NCBI GenBank assembly: GCA_964466185.1
Contig: CAYXMS010000005.1
Span: 1-53,652 of the forward strand
DNA: 53,652 nucleotides
Direction of reading: 5' to 3'
DNA from: an uncultured bacterium
GTDB taxonomy: Bacteria > Chlamydiota > Chlamydiia > Chlamydiales > SM23-39
A model generated the notes under the pieces. That model was given only the letters and a program-made list of their open reading frames with translations. It searched no databases and was not told where the DNA came from. The position numbers were made by a program, and so were the translations under genes. Positions 35,950 through 45,544 of the stretch are shown piece by piece. Position 1 is the stretch's first letter. Each line of letters starts with the position of its first letter.

Positions 35950-37142
35950 TTAAAACTTTTTCTGAAGCTAGATCGGCCGGAAATTTTACGTTGTTTTTAC
36001 AGCAAAAAGGTGTTGATAGTTTCCAAGATCAGACATTTAATGAAAAATTAAAAATAATTTTGTATCAAGTCTGGGTTTACGATGAAGATAAAATTGATCT
36101 GGCAGAAAAATTGTTTTCTCAATTTGAAACTGCCAATGATAATAATCAACAAATGCCAGCGGAAGAGTCTTTTTTTCAGCCGCAGTTAAAAAAACAAAAG
36201 TTGGAATCTGATTTGGATAAAAATTCTGCTCATGCTTCGGATAATACAACAAATGCCAATAATAAAATAAATGGCCGGGGAAAAAAAATGATGTTCCATC
36301 GCAGTTTTCATTCCCATCGTCTAACTTCTTTTTTTCTTTTGCTCTGCGTGGCTATTTTTACTTTGAATTATTATCAGGAACAACAAATTAAAAAAGCTTA
36401 TCCCAAATTAACCTACATTTTGTTAACCCCGACAATTTCTGCTTTGCTTTTCGATGTGCCTTATGCCTTGATCCAGTATGATGCTTTAGTCAAACAATAC
36501 TACGTTGATCTCAGACAGCCTATTGATAAACAGCCCTCAGAGTTTTTAAAAGCTATTAAACAGGTAGAAGATAAGCCTTATTGGATGGGCCTGGATGAAC
36601 TGATCAAAGATAAAATCAAAGGCGATCCAATAAATTTCAAAAAAATGAAACTTTTTGAAAAAATTCGCCAGGGAGAGATCTGGCGTTTTTTTTCTCCTGC
36701 TTTTTTACATAAAGATTTTTTGCATTTGCTGTTTAATATGCTCTGGCTTTGGATTCTCGGCCGTCCCATCGAAGAAAGAATCAGATTCCGGCGTTATCTG
36801 GTTTTGACTTTGGCTTTGGCCGCTTTTACCAATCTTTGCCAATATTTGGTCAGCGGGCCTAATTTTTTAGGCTATTCCGGTATAGTAATGGGCTTGGTCG
36901 GTTTTATCTGGATGCGGCAAAAAATTGCTCCCTGGGAAGGATATGTCTTGCAAAAAACCACTTTTTTATTTTTAGGAGCTTACGTCTTTTTAATGCTTAT
37001 GCTATCATTAGCCAGTTTTTTTTCCAGGGTCATGGGCAGTTCTTGGTTTGCTGTTAATATTGCTAATACAGCACATATTTCGGGAGCCCTCTTTGGAGCT
37101 TTTCTGGCCCGTTATTTTTCCTTTTTTAAGGAGCAGACATGA
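35940..37142 (+). CDS. Rhomboid intramembrane serine protease (GlpG-like)
   Basis: WRFFSPAFLH, HLLFNMLW, GYSG (catalytic Ser), AHISG (catalytic His). Confidence 0.92.
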   Translation: MRLIKTFSEARSAGNFTLFLQQKGVDSFQDQTFNEKLKIILYQVWVYDEDKIDLAEKLFSQFETANDNNQQMPAEESFFQPQLKKQKLESDLDKNSAHASDNTTNANNKINGRGKKMMFHRSFHSHRLTSFFLLLCVAIFTLNYYQEQQIKKAYPKLTYILLTPTISALLFDVPYALIQYDALVKQYYVDLRQPIDKQPSEFLKAIKQVEDKPYWMGLDELIKDKIKGDPINFKKMKLFEKIRQGEIWRFFSPAFLHKDFLHLLFNMLWLWILGRPIEERIRFRRYLVLTLALAAFTNLCQYLVSGPNFLGYSGIVMGLVGFIWMRQKIAPWEGYVLQKTTFLFLGAYVFLMLMLSLASFFSRVMGSSWFAVNIANTAHISGALFGAFLARYFSFFKEQT

Positions 37143-38041
37143 GCAATAAAGATATTATTTTTTTAGGTACTTCCGCTCAGCAGCCGACCAGATATCGCAA
37201 TCATGGCGCAATTTTAGTACGCTGGAATGAAGAGGGCCTGTTATTTGATCCGGGCGAAGGTACGCAGAGGCAGTTCATATTTGCTAATATCGCGCCGACA
37301 TTTGTTAATCGGATCTTTGTCTCCCATTTTCACGGGGACCATTGTTTGGGCCTTGGATCCATGCTAATGAGATTAAACCTCGACAAGATCAAACATCCGG
37401 TTAAATGCTACTATCCCGCCAGATTTAAAAAAAATTTTGAAGCTTTGCGCTACGGCTGTGTTTACCATCAGACCATCAATATTGTAGAATGCCCAGTTAA
37501 AAAAGCAGGGCTGGTTGAGAACAACTCTTTTATTATCAAGGCCGGTTTTTTACACCATGGCATAGATAATATAGGCTGGCGAATAGAAGAGCCGGATAGA
37601 ATCAAGTTCAAAAAAGAGCTTTTGGAAAAGTTTAAAATCAAAGGGCCTTTAGTGAAAGAGCTAAAAAAACAAGGCAAAATTAAAATCGATGGTAAAATTA
37701 TTAAATTGGAAGATGTCAGTTATCTCAAAAAAGGGCAAAAATTGGCTGTTGTTCTAGATTCTAAAAAATGCCCCGCTATGCTGGAACTGGCTAAAGATGC
37801 CGATGTTTTAATTTGCGAGTCTACCTTTTTAGAAGATAAAAAAGAGCTGGCTGAAAAATATTTGCATATGACAGCGAAAGATGCAGCTTTATTAGCTCAG
37901 AAAGCAGGCGTGAAACTCTTGCTTTTGACCCATTTTTCTGCTAGATATAAAGAAAATAAACTCTTTGAAAATGAGGCTAAAGAGATTTTTAAAAATACCA
38001 TGGCAGCGGAAGATTTTAAAAGAGTAGATTTTCCAAAATAG
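37139..38041 (+). CDS. rnz: Ribonuclease Z
   Basis: FLGTS, FDPGEGTQ, SHFHGDHCLG, ESTF, HMTA, LTHFSARY. Confidence 0.96.
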   Translation: MSNKDIIFLGTSAQQPTRYRNHGAILVRWNEEGLLFDPGEGTQRQFIFANIAPTFVNRIFVSHFHGDHCLGLGSMLMRLNLDKIKHPVKCYYPARFKKNFEALRYGCVYHQTINIVECPVKKAGLVENNSFIIKAGFLHHGIDNIGWRIEEPDRIKFKKELLEKFKIKGPLVKELKKQGKIKIDGKIIKLEDVSYLKKGQKLAVVLDSKKCPAMLELAKDADVLICESTFLEDKKELAEKYLHMTAKDAALLAQKAGVKLLLLTHFSARYKENKLFENEAKEIFKNTMAAEDFKRVDFPK

Positions 38042-38381
38042 TTAAATCGCTTGCCGATATTTAATGAAGAGCTTAAAAATTATCCGGTTGATATTTTGCT
38101 CTAAAAATCTGGCCTGCAGTTAAAGCAAAGGCTGATATTACATTTAAAGATTTTTGCTCTCCAACTAGGGAAATGGTTAAAAATATAGCAGTCTGTTTGA
38201 GGTTTTAATTTGAATGCTAATTTCTTGGCTGCCTAAGACTGTTTTTTTTTATTTTTTTTGGTTAGATTTCCGAAGACGTAAAACAATATTTTCTTTTTTT
38301 TTTATAAATTTAATAGTAATTTTAAAAAATAAAATTTTAATTTAACTGTATTGAAAAGTTTTTCTGTCTTTTTCTTAAAAA

Positions 38382-38390
38382 TGCTATAAT
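38382..38390 (+). promoter_or_regulatory. Extended -10 promoter element upstream of omegaRNA copy 2 and the MFS gene
   Basis: TGCTATAAT (TGn-TATAAT), ~58 nt before the GTCAA boundary. Confidence 0.5.
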
Positions 38391-38447
38391 ACATTCAATT
38401 ATTTTTTAAATAAGGTGTTTTTTTTTAGGTTTTAAAGTTGGGATTTT

Positions 38448-38736
38448 GTCAATTGCCCCTTTTTAAAGGGAGAGGCTTGAGCCGTAAGGCATAAGAGAAA
38501 TTGGTTGATTAGGAGGCACAAAAGAAATTTTATGCAGAAGTTAGTCGGAAGAGATATATATACACCTACGGATGCTTCACAAGTTTGTGGTAAAAGTCAG
38601 TGGCTTAACTGGGGCTTGTCATTAAGCAGAGAGGAAACTCTTAGTATGTTAGGTTTAAAGTTAATCGGCTTTTTAAAAACGTCTTCTAATAACCCTGAAG
38701 TGGATTGCCCTAACATACAGAGGGCCTTAAAGGCAT
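38448..38736 (+). ncRNA. IscB-type omegaRNA scaffold, copy 2
   Basis: Collinear with 23115-23402 (~84% identity by hand count), starts GTCAA, and directly precedes PLMP-domain codons. Confidence 0.8.
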
Positions 38737-38738
38737 AT

Positions 38739-38972
38739 GTGCATGTAATTTCTAAGGATGAAAAACCGCTGATGCCTTGCTCTAGGGCTAAAGTTAAAAA
38801 ATTATTAAAAAAAGAAAAGGCTCAGATTGTTAGCCACAAACCATTTACAATTAGACTGATTTTTACTTGTGAAAATCAAGTTCAACCAATTGCTCTGGGC
38901 ATCGACTCGGGCTATGAAAATAAAGGAAGGGGTCTTTTTGGCTCAAAGATGATAAAACGGCATGTTGTTTAA
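38739..38972 (+). pseudogene. iscB: Truncated IscB/IsrB: PLMP domain and RuvC-I only (homology ends ~38927)
   Basis: VHVISKDEKPLMPCSRAKVKKLLK..KAQIV...PFTIRL....ENQVQPIALGIDSGYENKG, followed by unrelated sequence and a stop. No bridge helix, HNH or RuvC-II/III, so IscB versus IsrB cannot be resolved. Confidence 0.85.
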
Positions 38973-40185
38973 AAGTTTTGATAAAAAAATTATTTTTTAT
39001 TTTTTCTCGTATATTTTATTAAGCGAGCTTTTTATTGCTTTTTCTGGCCTTTTACCTTTTATTTTGCGTAAAGATCTTGCTGCTTCTTTATTTCAGCTGT
39101 CTTTTTTTACGATGTTAAAACCGGCGGTTTTTCTGTTTTCTTTTTATGGGTCTTTGAGTTTTTTTAAAAAAAAATCAGATTTGCGCTTTAACCTGATTTT
39201 AAATGGCGTTTTAGCCCGTTTGCCTTTTTTATTTTTTCCCTTTTTTGATTCGGCTTCTTATATTATTTTAGCTTCTGCTTGTTTTATGCTTTTTTCTAAA
39301 GCCGCTATTCCCGCTTGGATGGAGCTTTTAAAACAAAATTTGGACAGGGAAAAAAGAAACACTTTGTTTTCTTCGGGCATGCTTTGGGGATTCGTTCAGG
39401 GCCTGGCAATGGCTTTTTTGATCGGTTGGTTTTTAGATAAATATAACGGAGCTTGGAAGTGGTTTTGTTTCGGCTTTTCTCTTTTGGGTATTTTAGGAGT
39501 TTTTATTCAGGCCTTTGTCTTTTCTCCCAAAAAAGAAAAACTCCCGCAAGAACAGATGCAAAAACCTCTGCGCTCCAGCTTGGCCCTTTTAAAAAGAAGA
39601 AAAGATTTTTTCTATTTTCAGATAGGTACTATGCTGGCCGGTTTCAGTTTGATGCTTTTAGCTCCTGTTACAGCTTTTTTTTTCGCTGATTTTTTAAGTT
39701 TAAATCACTTTGATATGACGATTGCCAGATATGTTTTTATGGGCCTCGGCTTTGTTTTTTTAACGCCTGTTTGGACTAAAGCTTTAAAAAAAAAGCATCT
39801 TTTGACTTTGACCGGCTATGTCTGTTCCGGTTTTTTTCTGTTCTCCGTACTGATGATTCTAGCTTTTTATAACAAAGCATTTTTCTTTTTTGCTTTTTTA
39901 GTCTATGGCATTACCCAAGCAGGATCCAGACTGGTTTGGAATCTGTCAGGACCGATCTTTGCAGGCAGCGAAAATAGCGTGCAGTACACAGCTGTTAATG
40001 TACTGACTGTCGGTCTGAGAGGGCTGGTTGCGCCTGTTTTAGGTGGATATCTATGCATGTGCTTTGGGCCGCTTTCAGTTTTTTCTCTCTCTGCCGGACT
40101 ATGCCTGATCGGCAGTTTAAGTATGTCCTGGGCCGAAAAAAATGTTGTTTTTGCTAAAAATTATGATTTAGATTCCTCTGCTTAA
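38962..40185 (+). CDS. Major facilitator superfamily transporter
   Basis: About 12 hydrophobic segments in 6+6 layout, PAWMELLK, GLRGLVAPVLGG. Confidence 0.8.
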   Translation: MLFKSFDKKIIFYFFSYILLSELFIAFSGLLPFILRKDLAASLFQLSFFTMLKPAVFLFSFYGSLSFFKKKSDLRFNLILNGVLARLPFLFFPFFDSASYIILASACFMLFSKAAIPAWMELLKQNLDREKRNTLFSSGMLWGFVQGLAMAFLIGWFLDKYNGAWKWFCFGFSLLGILGVFIQAFVFSPKKEKLPQEQMQKPLRSSLALLKRRKDFFYFQIGTMLAGFSLMLLAPVTAFFFADFLSLNHFDMTIARYVFMGLGFVFLTPVWTKALKKKHLLTLTGYVCSGFFLFSVLMILAFYNKAFFFFAFLVYGITQAGSRLVWNLSGPIFAGSENSVQYTAVNVLTVGLRGLVAPVLGGYLCMCFGPLSVFSLSAGLCLIGSLSMSWAEKNVVFAKNYDLDSSA

Positions 40186-40194
40186 TTGTTTTAT

Positions 40195-40286
40195 GGCCGC
40201 CGGTGCGTCGGTAAGCCTGGGGAGTTGACGGGGTTATTCGGAACTGGAAACCAGGAATCCTGCGCCTTTAGGCGAGAGAGTTTTAA
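40195..40286 (+). mobile_element. Orphan IS605/TnpB-type right end (reRNA scaffold), homologous to 47230-47323
   Basis: GGCCGCCGGTGCGTCGGTAAGCCTGG...AACCAGGAATCCTGCGCCTTTAGGCGAGAGAGTTTTAA; ~80% identical by hand to the end that follows the tnpB relic. Confidence 0.75.
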
Positions 40287-40295
40287 TTTAGGATA

Positions 40296-40554
40296 ATTCT
40301 CGGGAATCCTCGGTATCTCAAGACTGAGATGAAAGAGAATATATTGAAAAAAAAATAAAAAAAAGCTTCAATTAAAATAGTTTTTCAAAATTACTGTAGG
40401 GCCTACGGACAGGGTTTAACATTAAAAACCTATAGCCTTGGAAACCGATACTGATAGAAAACTGAGAGGTCATCCTGTAAAAAGGGTGTTGGTAGATTAA
40501 AGGAATCTCTTGCATCTTAGGATGTTCGGTAATTTATTACCGAGAGGATGTCAC
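40296..40554 (+). mobile_element. Non-autonomous IS605-type mini-element: left-end hairpin, A-rich spacer, and reRNA-like right end ending TCAC
   Basis: Left hairpin ATTCTC..CTCGGT-atctcaag-ACTGAG..GAGAAT; CTGTAG-ggc-CTACGG stem; GGAATCTC...TCGGTAAT-tt-ATTACCGA-GAGGATGTCAC terminus typical of IS605 right ends; no ORF. Confidence 0.6.
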
Positions 40555-40576
40555 ATGGAAAAATACTTTTAATCAG

Positions 40577-41599
40577 ATGTTTTATACCAAAGCTGTTTTT
40601 CAATTTTTAGAAGACTTGCGTTATTTAAAAAATGCCTCTGAACATACAATTAGAGGATATAGTTTGGATTTTGCCAGTTTTTTTGACTTTATGCGCTGTA
40701 AAATAAAACAGGATCAAAAGCCGATTTCCAATCAGCAGGAAACAGGTTTTTATCAGTTGCAGCAAATCCATCAGATAAAAGACAGACTAAAAAAAACTTC
40801 TGTCAATTTTGCTCTGATAGATTTTGATTTGGAAAAAATTAATAAATGGCTGATTCGGGAATTTTTGGCAAAATTGCACAGCCAGGGCCTGAAAAAACGC
40901 AGCCTCATGCGCAGAATTTCGGCTTTGAGATCTTTTTTCAGGTTCTGTACAAAAGAAAAATACCTCTCTTTTGATCCCATGGAAACTATTGAAAGCCCAA
41001 AACGGGAAAAACGCCTGCCGCGGGCTATTAGCTATGAACAGGTAGAGCTGTTTTTTAAAACTCCTGATATAGAAACTTATTTGGGTTTTAGAGATAGAGC
41101 GATTATGGAGCTTTTTTATAGCTCGGGCCTGCGTCTTTCCGAGCTGGTGGCTTTAAATAGAAAAGATCTTGATTTTTTAAGCTTGCAAGTGTCGGTTATG
41201 GGAAAAGGCAAAAAACAAAGAAAAGTCCCCATGACCTCAAGCGCCACTGATTGGCTAAAAAAATATCTGAATCATCCGGAAAGAAAAGTTGAAACCAAAG
41301 AACATAAACAACAGCTGGATGAAAAAGCAGTTTTTTTAAATCGCTGGGGAAAAAGACTTACGGTTCGATCGGTAGACCGTTCTTTTAAAGATTATCTTAA
41401 AAAATGCGGTCTGGCTGTTGATCTTACTCCACACGTAATTCGCCATTCAATTGCTACTCATTGGTTGGAAAAGGGGATGGATCTGAAAACTATTCAAATG
41501 CTGCTCGGCCATAGTTCCTTGTCAACTACGACAATTTATACCAGCGTTTCTTTAAAATTGAAAAAAGATGTTTACGATAAAACTCATCCGCGTTCTTAA
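40577..41599 (+). CDS. xerC: Tyrosine recombinase XerC
   Basis: SEHTIRGY, RDRAIMELFYSSGLRLSEL, GKGKKQR, HVIRHSIATH, LGHSSLSTTTIYT; follows rnz as in Chlamydia. Confidence 0.9.
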   Translation: MFYTKAVFQFLEDLRYLKNASEHTIRGYSLDFASFFDFMRCKIKQDQKPISNQQETGFYQLQQIHQIKDRLKKTSVNFALIDFDLEKINKWLIREFLAKLHSQGLKKRSLMRRISALRSFFRFCTKEKYLSFDPMETIESPKREKRLPRAISYEQVELFFKTPDIETYLGFRDRAIMELFYSSGLRLSELVALNRKDLDFLSLQVSVMGKGKKQRKVPMTSSATDWLKKYLNHPERKVETKEHKQQLDEKAVFLNRWGKRLTVRSVDRSFKDYLKKCGLAVDLTPHVIRHSIATHWLEKGMDLKTIQMLLGHSSLSTTTIYTSVSLKLKKDVYDKTHPRS

Positions 41600-41640
41600 T
41601 TTTTTGGCTGTTTTGTAATTTTTGCTTTGAAAATAAAAAA

Positions 41641-42008
41641 AAAGGGAAAGCTTTAAGCCGGATTCTGTTTTTGACAGCCATTCATCTAGGAGGCAAATTG
41701 CTTTGCTTCTCAAGCGATCAGCATCAGGCCTTAAGCGAAGAACTTAACAGCCTTTTTTAATCTTGCTTCAGATGGGGTTTGCAGCTCTTTTAAGTCTCCT
41801 TAAAAGGGGCAATTTTTTAAAATCAGTGATTTTATAATTGCCTTTTCACTCTTGTCCCAAACTTATTTAACTACATTTGGGATCAGACTTGTTTTCTGTT
41901 GCACTTTCCGTAGCCTTGCGGCTCCCAGGCTTTCCCTGGCATCTTCTTCTGCAAAGTCCAGACTTTCCTCTTTTGCTTTGCGCAAAAGCGACTGTCTGCT
42001 TTCCCTTT
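41641..42008 (-). ncRNA. rnpB: RNase P RNA (class A)
   Basis: Minus strand contains GAGGAAAGTCTGGACT, GGAAAGTGCAACAGAAAAC and ACAGAATCCGGCTTA; the ends pair as P1 (AAAGGGAAAGC/GCTTTCCCTTT). Confidence 0.95.
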
Positions 42009-42066
42009 TAAAATATAATATACAATTATAATTTTTTTAAATAGCTCGAAATATAGCTTAAAAGTT

Positions 42067-42828
42067 TTATTTCAGAGCTATCTTGCGCCGGCGTTTTTTA
42101 GGCCCTGTCCCTTCTAACATAGAGCTTTCCTGCCAGTACAGAATGCGGAAACAATGCTCGCAAAAAACTAGCCTTGTTCCTTTTCTGACCAGATTCTCAT
42201 GCTGGGCGGTCAATGCAATATGGCAACCGTTGCAAACGCGGTTCTCTAAAGGCACAACAACACGGTCTTGTTTGTTGTTTAAAAGACGCGTATAAATTTT
42301 AAAAATTTCAGGATCTGCTTTTTTAACCAGTTCATCTCTTTGTTCTTTAATGGTCCTGCCTTCTTCATTGATTTTTTTGATGGTGTTTTTAATTTCTGTT
42401 TCAATCGCTTTGGAACTTTCTTCGGAAGAGGTTAAACTTTCTGTAATTTTGTTGAGGATTTCTTCTTCTGCATTTTTTTTGTCGATTAAATCAGAAGTTT
42501 TATGTTCGGTTGCAACCCTTTCGCGTTCGGTAGTCGACATTTCTTGGGTTAACGCATTAAATTCCTCGACTTTTTTAATCTGTCCCTGTTTAGTTTCCAG
42601 ATTTTTCAGCTTTTCCTGGATCTCATTAAGCCTGTTTTCTTGAAATTCAATATCTTTACTAAATTGCTCGATTTCCTGCTCTTTTTTTCCTTTTTGGCTT
42701 TTTAAATCAAGTCTTAAAGACTCAATATGCTCAAGCTCTTTTTGGCGCTCTTTTTTTAAACGCATTAAACGGAGCATTTTCATGTCTAGTTCTTGAATGT
42801 CTAAAATAACTTTTAAGGCTGACAGCAT
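42067..42828 (-). CDS. cdsZ: Coiled-coil plus C4 zinc-ribbon protein (CdsZ/CT398, DUF164 family)
   Basis: IQELDMKMLRLMRLK, long coiled coil, CNGCHIALTAQHENLVRKG..LVFCEHC.RILYW. Confidence 0.85.
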   Translation of the reverse strand: MLSALKVILDIQELDMKMLRLMRLKKERQKELEHIESLRLDLKSQKGKKEQEIEQFSKDIEFQENRLNEIQEKLKNLETKQGQIKKVEEFNALTQEMSTTERERVATEHKTSDLIDKKNAEEEILNKITESLTSSEESSKAIETEIKNTIKKINEEGRTIKEQRDELVKKADPEIFKIYTRLLNNKQDRVVVPLENRVCNGCHIALTAQHENLVRKGTRLVFCEHCFRILYWQESSMLEGTGPKKRRRKIALK

Positions 42829-43125
42829 TAGTTTCCTTTTTAAAATAATTTTTTGTAGCTTTAAGTTTATCCCTTTTTTTTTATCTTTTCAACAAAATTG
42901 TGCGCATTTTTCTTACTCTGCTTTAACCGAGGAAGGAAAATGCTGCCTTGTTGCTATTTTTGTATGGATAATCTTATTGCTTTTAAATAAAAAATCAGTA
43001 TAAAAATTTTAAAGTTAATTATTTTTTTTATAAAAAAAATAAATTTTTGTTGTTAAAAAAAAATGTATCGCAAATTCTTAGGTTGTTATTTTTGTGTTTT
43101 TTAATTGATTTGAGGCTTGTTTTGT

Positions 43126-44616
43126 ATGACAAATTCTTATCTTGAGCGTTATTTAAATTTAAAAAATACAGCGGCAGGCCAGAAAGAGTATCAGCTCAAT
43201 GCCGGAGCGATTGCTTTTTTGGCTTCTGTGGATGAAATCAGAAAAAATTCCCCTTTAGTAGCTGATAAAATTATTCAAGAGCTTAAAGACCAGCGTCAGT
43301 TTTTAAAATTAATCGCCTCTGAAAATTACTCTTCTTTAGCTGTGCAGCTGGCTATGGGTAATCTGTTAACGGATAAATACGCAGAAGGGGTTTCCGGCAG
43401 AAGATTTTATGCCGGCTGCGATAACGTGGATGCGATTGAAACAGATGCTGTGGAAAAAGCTAAACAGCTTTTTCAAGCCGAACACGCTTATGTCCAGCCT
43501 CATTCCGGAGCAGATGCCAATATGATTGCCTACTGGGCGGTTTTGACTTATAAAGTGCAGGATAAAGAGCTGGAAAAATTAGGCTCGAAAAATATCAGCC
43601 GGTTAACCGAGGCGGAATATGAAAAAATCCGCCAAAAATTGATTAATCAGAAAATTATGGGCATGGGCCTTGGCTCGGGAGGCCATTTAACACATGGCTA
43701 TCGTTTTAACATGTCTTCTAAAATTTTTAAGTCGGTTCCTTATGAGGTCGATCCTAAAACCGGAGTTTTGGATTATAAAGCTTTGGCCGAACAGGTCAAA
43801 AAAGAAAAACCGCTAATCCTCATCGCCGGCTATTCCGCTTACCCCCGTTTGATTGATTGCGCTATTTTAAAAGAAATCGCCCATTCCGCAGGAGCTGTTT
43901 TGTTAGTGGATATGGCCCATTTTGCAGGCTTGGTAGCCGGAAAAGCCTTGACCGGTAATTTCAATCCGGCGGCTTTTGCTGATATTATAACTTCTACCAC
44001 TCATAAAACTTTGCGGGGGCCGAGGGGCGGTTTGATTCTTTGCAAAAAATATCTTGCTCCGGTTGTAGATAAAGGCTGCCCTCTGGTTATTGGCGGGCCT
44101 CTTCCGCATGCCGTTGCAGCCAAAGCTGTGGCTTTTCAGGAAGCACTAAAGCCTGAGTTTAAAACTTACGCCAGACAGATTATTAAAAATGCTCAGGCCT
44201 TGGCAGAAGGCTTGCAACAGGCCGGAGCTGCAGTGCTTACCGGCGGTACGGATAATCATATGGTTCTGGTGAATGTATTTAAAAGTTTTCAGATTACAGG
44301 AAGAGCTGCGGAAAAAGCACTAAGAAAAGCTTTTATTACGGTTAACCGCAACTCCATTCCCAATGATCAAAACGGTCCTTTTAGAGCTTCGGGCATACGG
44401 ATTGGCACGCCTGCTTTGACCACTTTGGGAATGAAAGAGCTTGAAATGCACAAAATTGCTGAAGTGATTGCAGCTGTTTTAAAAAATACCCAAGTGCAAG
44501 GACAGGGCACAACTGAAAAAATAGAAGTTGAGAAAAAAATATTGGACAAAGCCAGAAATGATATTAAGCAGCTTTTGCAAAAATTTCCACTTTATCCAGA
44601 AATAGTGATCGATTAG
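43126..44616 (+). CDS. glyA: Serine hydroxymethyltransferase (long chlamydial type)
   Basis: LIASENY, DKYAEG, QPHSG, GGHLTHG, TTHKTLRGPRGG (PLP Lys), SGIRIGTPA. Confidence 0.97.
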   Translation: MTNSYLERYLNLKNTAAGQKEYQLNAGAIAFLASVDEIRKNSPLVADKIIQELKDQRQFLKLIASENYSSLAVQLAMGNLLTDKYAEGVSGRRFYAGCDNVDAIETDAVEKAKQLFQAEHAYVQPHSGADANMIAYWAVLTYKVQDKELEKLGSKNISRLTEAEYEKIRQKLINQKIMGMGLGSGGHLTHGYRFNMSSKIFKSVPYEVDPKTGVLDYKALAEQVKKEKPLILIAGYSAYPRLIDCAILKEIAHSAGAVLLVDMAHFAGLVAGKALTGNFNPAAFADIITSTTHKTLRGPRGGLILCKKYLAPVVDKGCPLVIGGPLPHAVAAKAVAFQEALKPEFKTYARQIIKNAQALAEGLQQAGAAVLTGGTDNHMVLVNVFKSFQITGRAAEKALRKAFITVNRNSIPNDQNGPFRASGIRIGTPALTTLGMKELEMHKIAEVIAAVLKNTQVQGQGTTEKIEVEKKILDKARNDIKQLLQKFPLYPEIVID

Positions 44617-44737
44617 AATGGAGTTTAAAGCTCAAAACAGTTTTCAGGCTGGCAGATTTATAAATTTATGCGTATAGCTGGCTTGTTAAATGGATTTTTT
44701 TGCTTAAAAAATTGAATAACCTGCAGGAGATTAAAAC

Positions 44738-45340
44738 ATGCCTCGTAGATCTGAAAATCAAAAACAAGAAGATAATGCAGTTAAAACTAAAATTGAAAAT
44801 GCTCTTTTAGAGCAAAGAAGAATTTTTCTTTCTGATCAGGTAGACCAGGACTCTGCAGCTGATATTATTCAAAAACTGTGGTATATGGAATGGAAAGATT
44901 CCAGCAAGCCCATTCTTTTTATTATTAATTCCCCAGGCGGTGCTGTCGATTGCGGTTTCGCTATTTGGGACCAGATCAAGCTTTTAAAATCTCCTGTATA
45001 TACTTTAGTGACCGGCTTGGCAGCCTCCATGGGCTCTTTGTTAAGCTTAGCCTCAGGTAAAGGTAAGCGCTTTGCTACTCCTAATAGCCGGATCATGATT
45101 CATCAGCCTTTGGTTGCCGGCATTATCCAAGGACAGGCAACAGATCTGGATATCCAGGCTAAAGAAATGCTTAAAACCCGCGATTTGATTGTCAAAATTT
45201 ATTCGGAAGCTACCGGCAAAGATGAAACAATTATCGCCGAGACTATTAAAAGAGATAACTGGATGACTCCTGAAGAGGCTTTAAAATTCGGACTTTTGGA
45301 TAAAATCGTTTCCGTTCCTAATGACTTGAAATTATCTTAA
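44738..45340 (+). CDS. clpP: ATP-dependent Clp protease proteolytic subunit (ClpP1 position)
   Basis: INSPGG, GLAASMGS (Ser), IMIHQP (His), RDNWM (Asp). Confidence 0.96.
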   Translation: MPRRSENQKQEDNAVKTKIENALLEQRRIFLSDQVDQDSAADIIQKLWYMEWKDSSKPILFIINSPGGAVDCGFAIWDQIKLLKSPVYTLVTGLAASMGSLLSLASGKGKRFATPNSRIMIHQPLVAGIIQGQATDLDIQAKEMLKTRDLIVKIYSEATGKDETIIAETIKRDNWMTPEEALKFGLLDKIVSVPNDLKLS

Positions 45341-45544
45341 GAGCTTAAAAATTGAAAAGTATAAAATTTAAAATGCTTTTGCAGATTTAAGATATAGTAA
45401 TTATTGTTTTTGTTTTTTGATCTAAAGTAAAAATATTATTATAAACTTTTTCAAATTAGTTGCTTTAAAGGATTTTTCTTTTAGAGAAAGCCTTTTTCCT
45501 TTAAAATTGCTTTTTTAAATCTTTTTTTGAGGAGAATTTTTTTT

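Noticed and set aside
38042-38340. 300-nt spacer after rnz as a pseudogene
   Set aside because: No recognisable motif or sustained reading frame found by eye.
40577-41599. Tyrosine recombinase as the integrase of an island or integron
   Set aside because: Sequence and rnz-xerC synteny fit housekeeping XerC; no integron-specific insertion or attC array seen.
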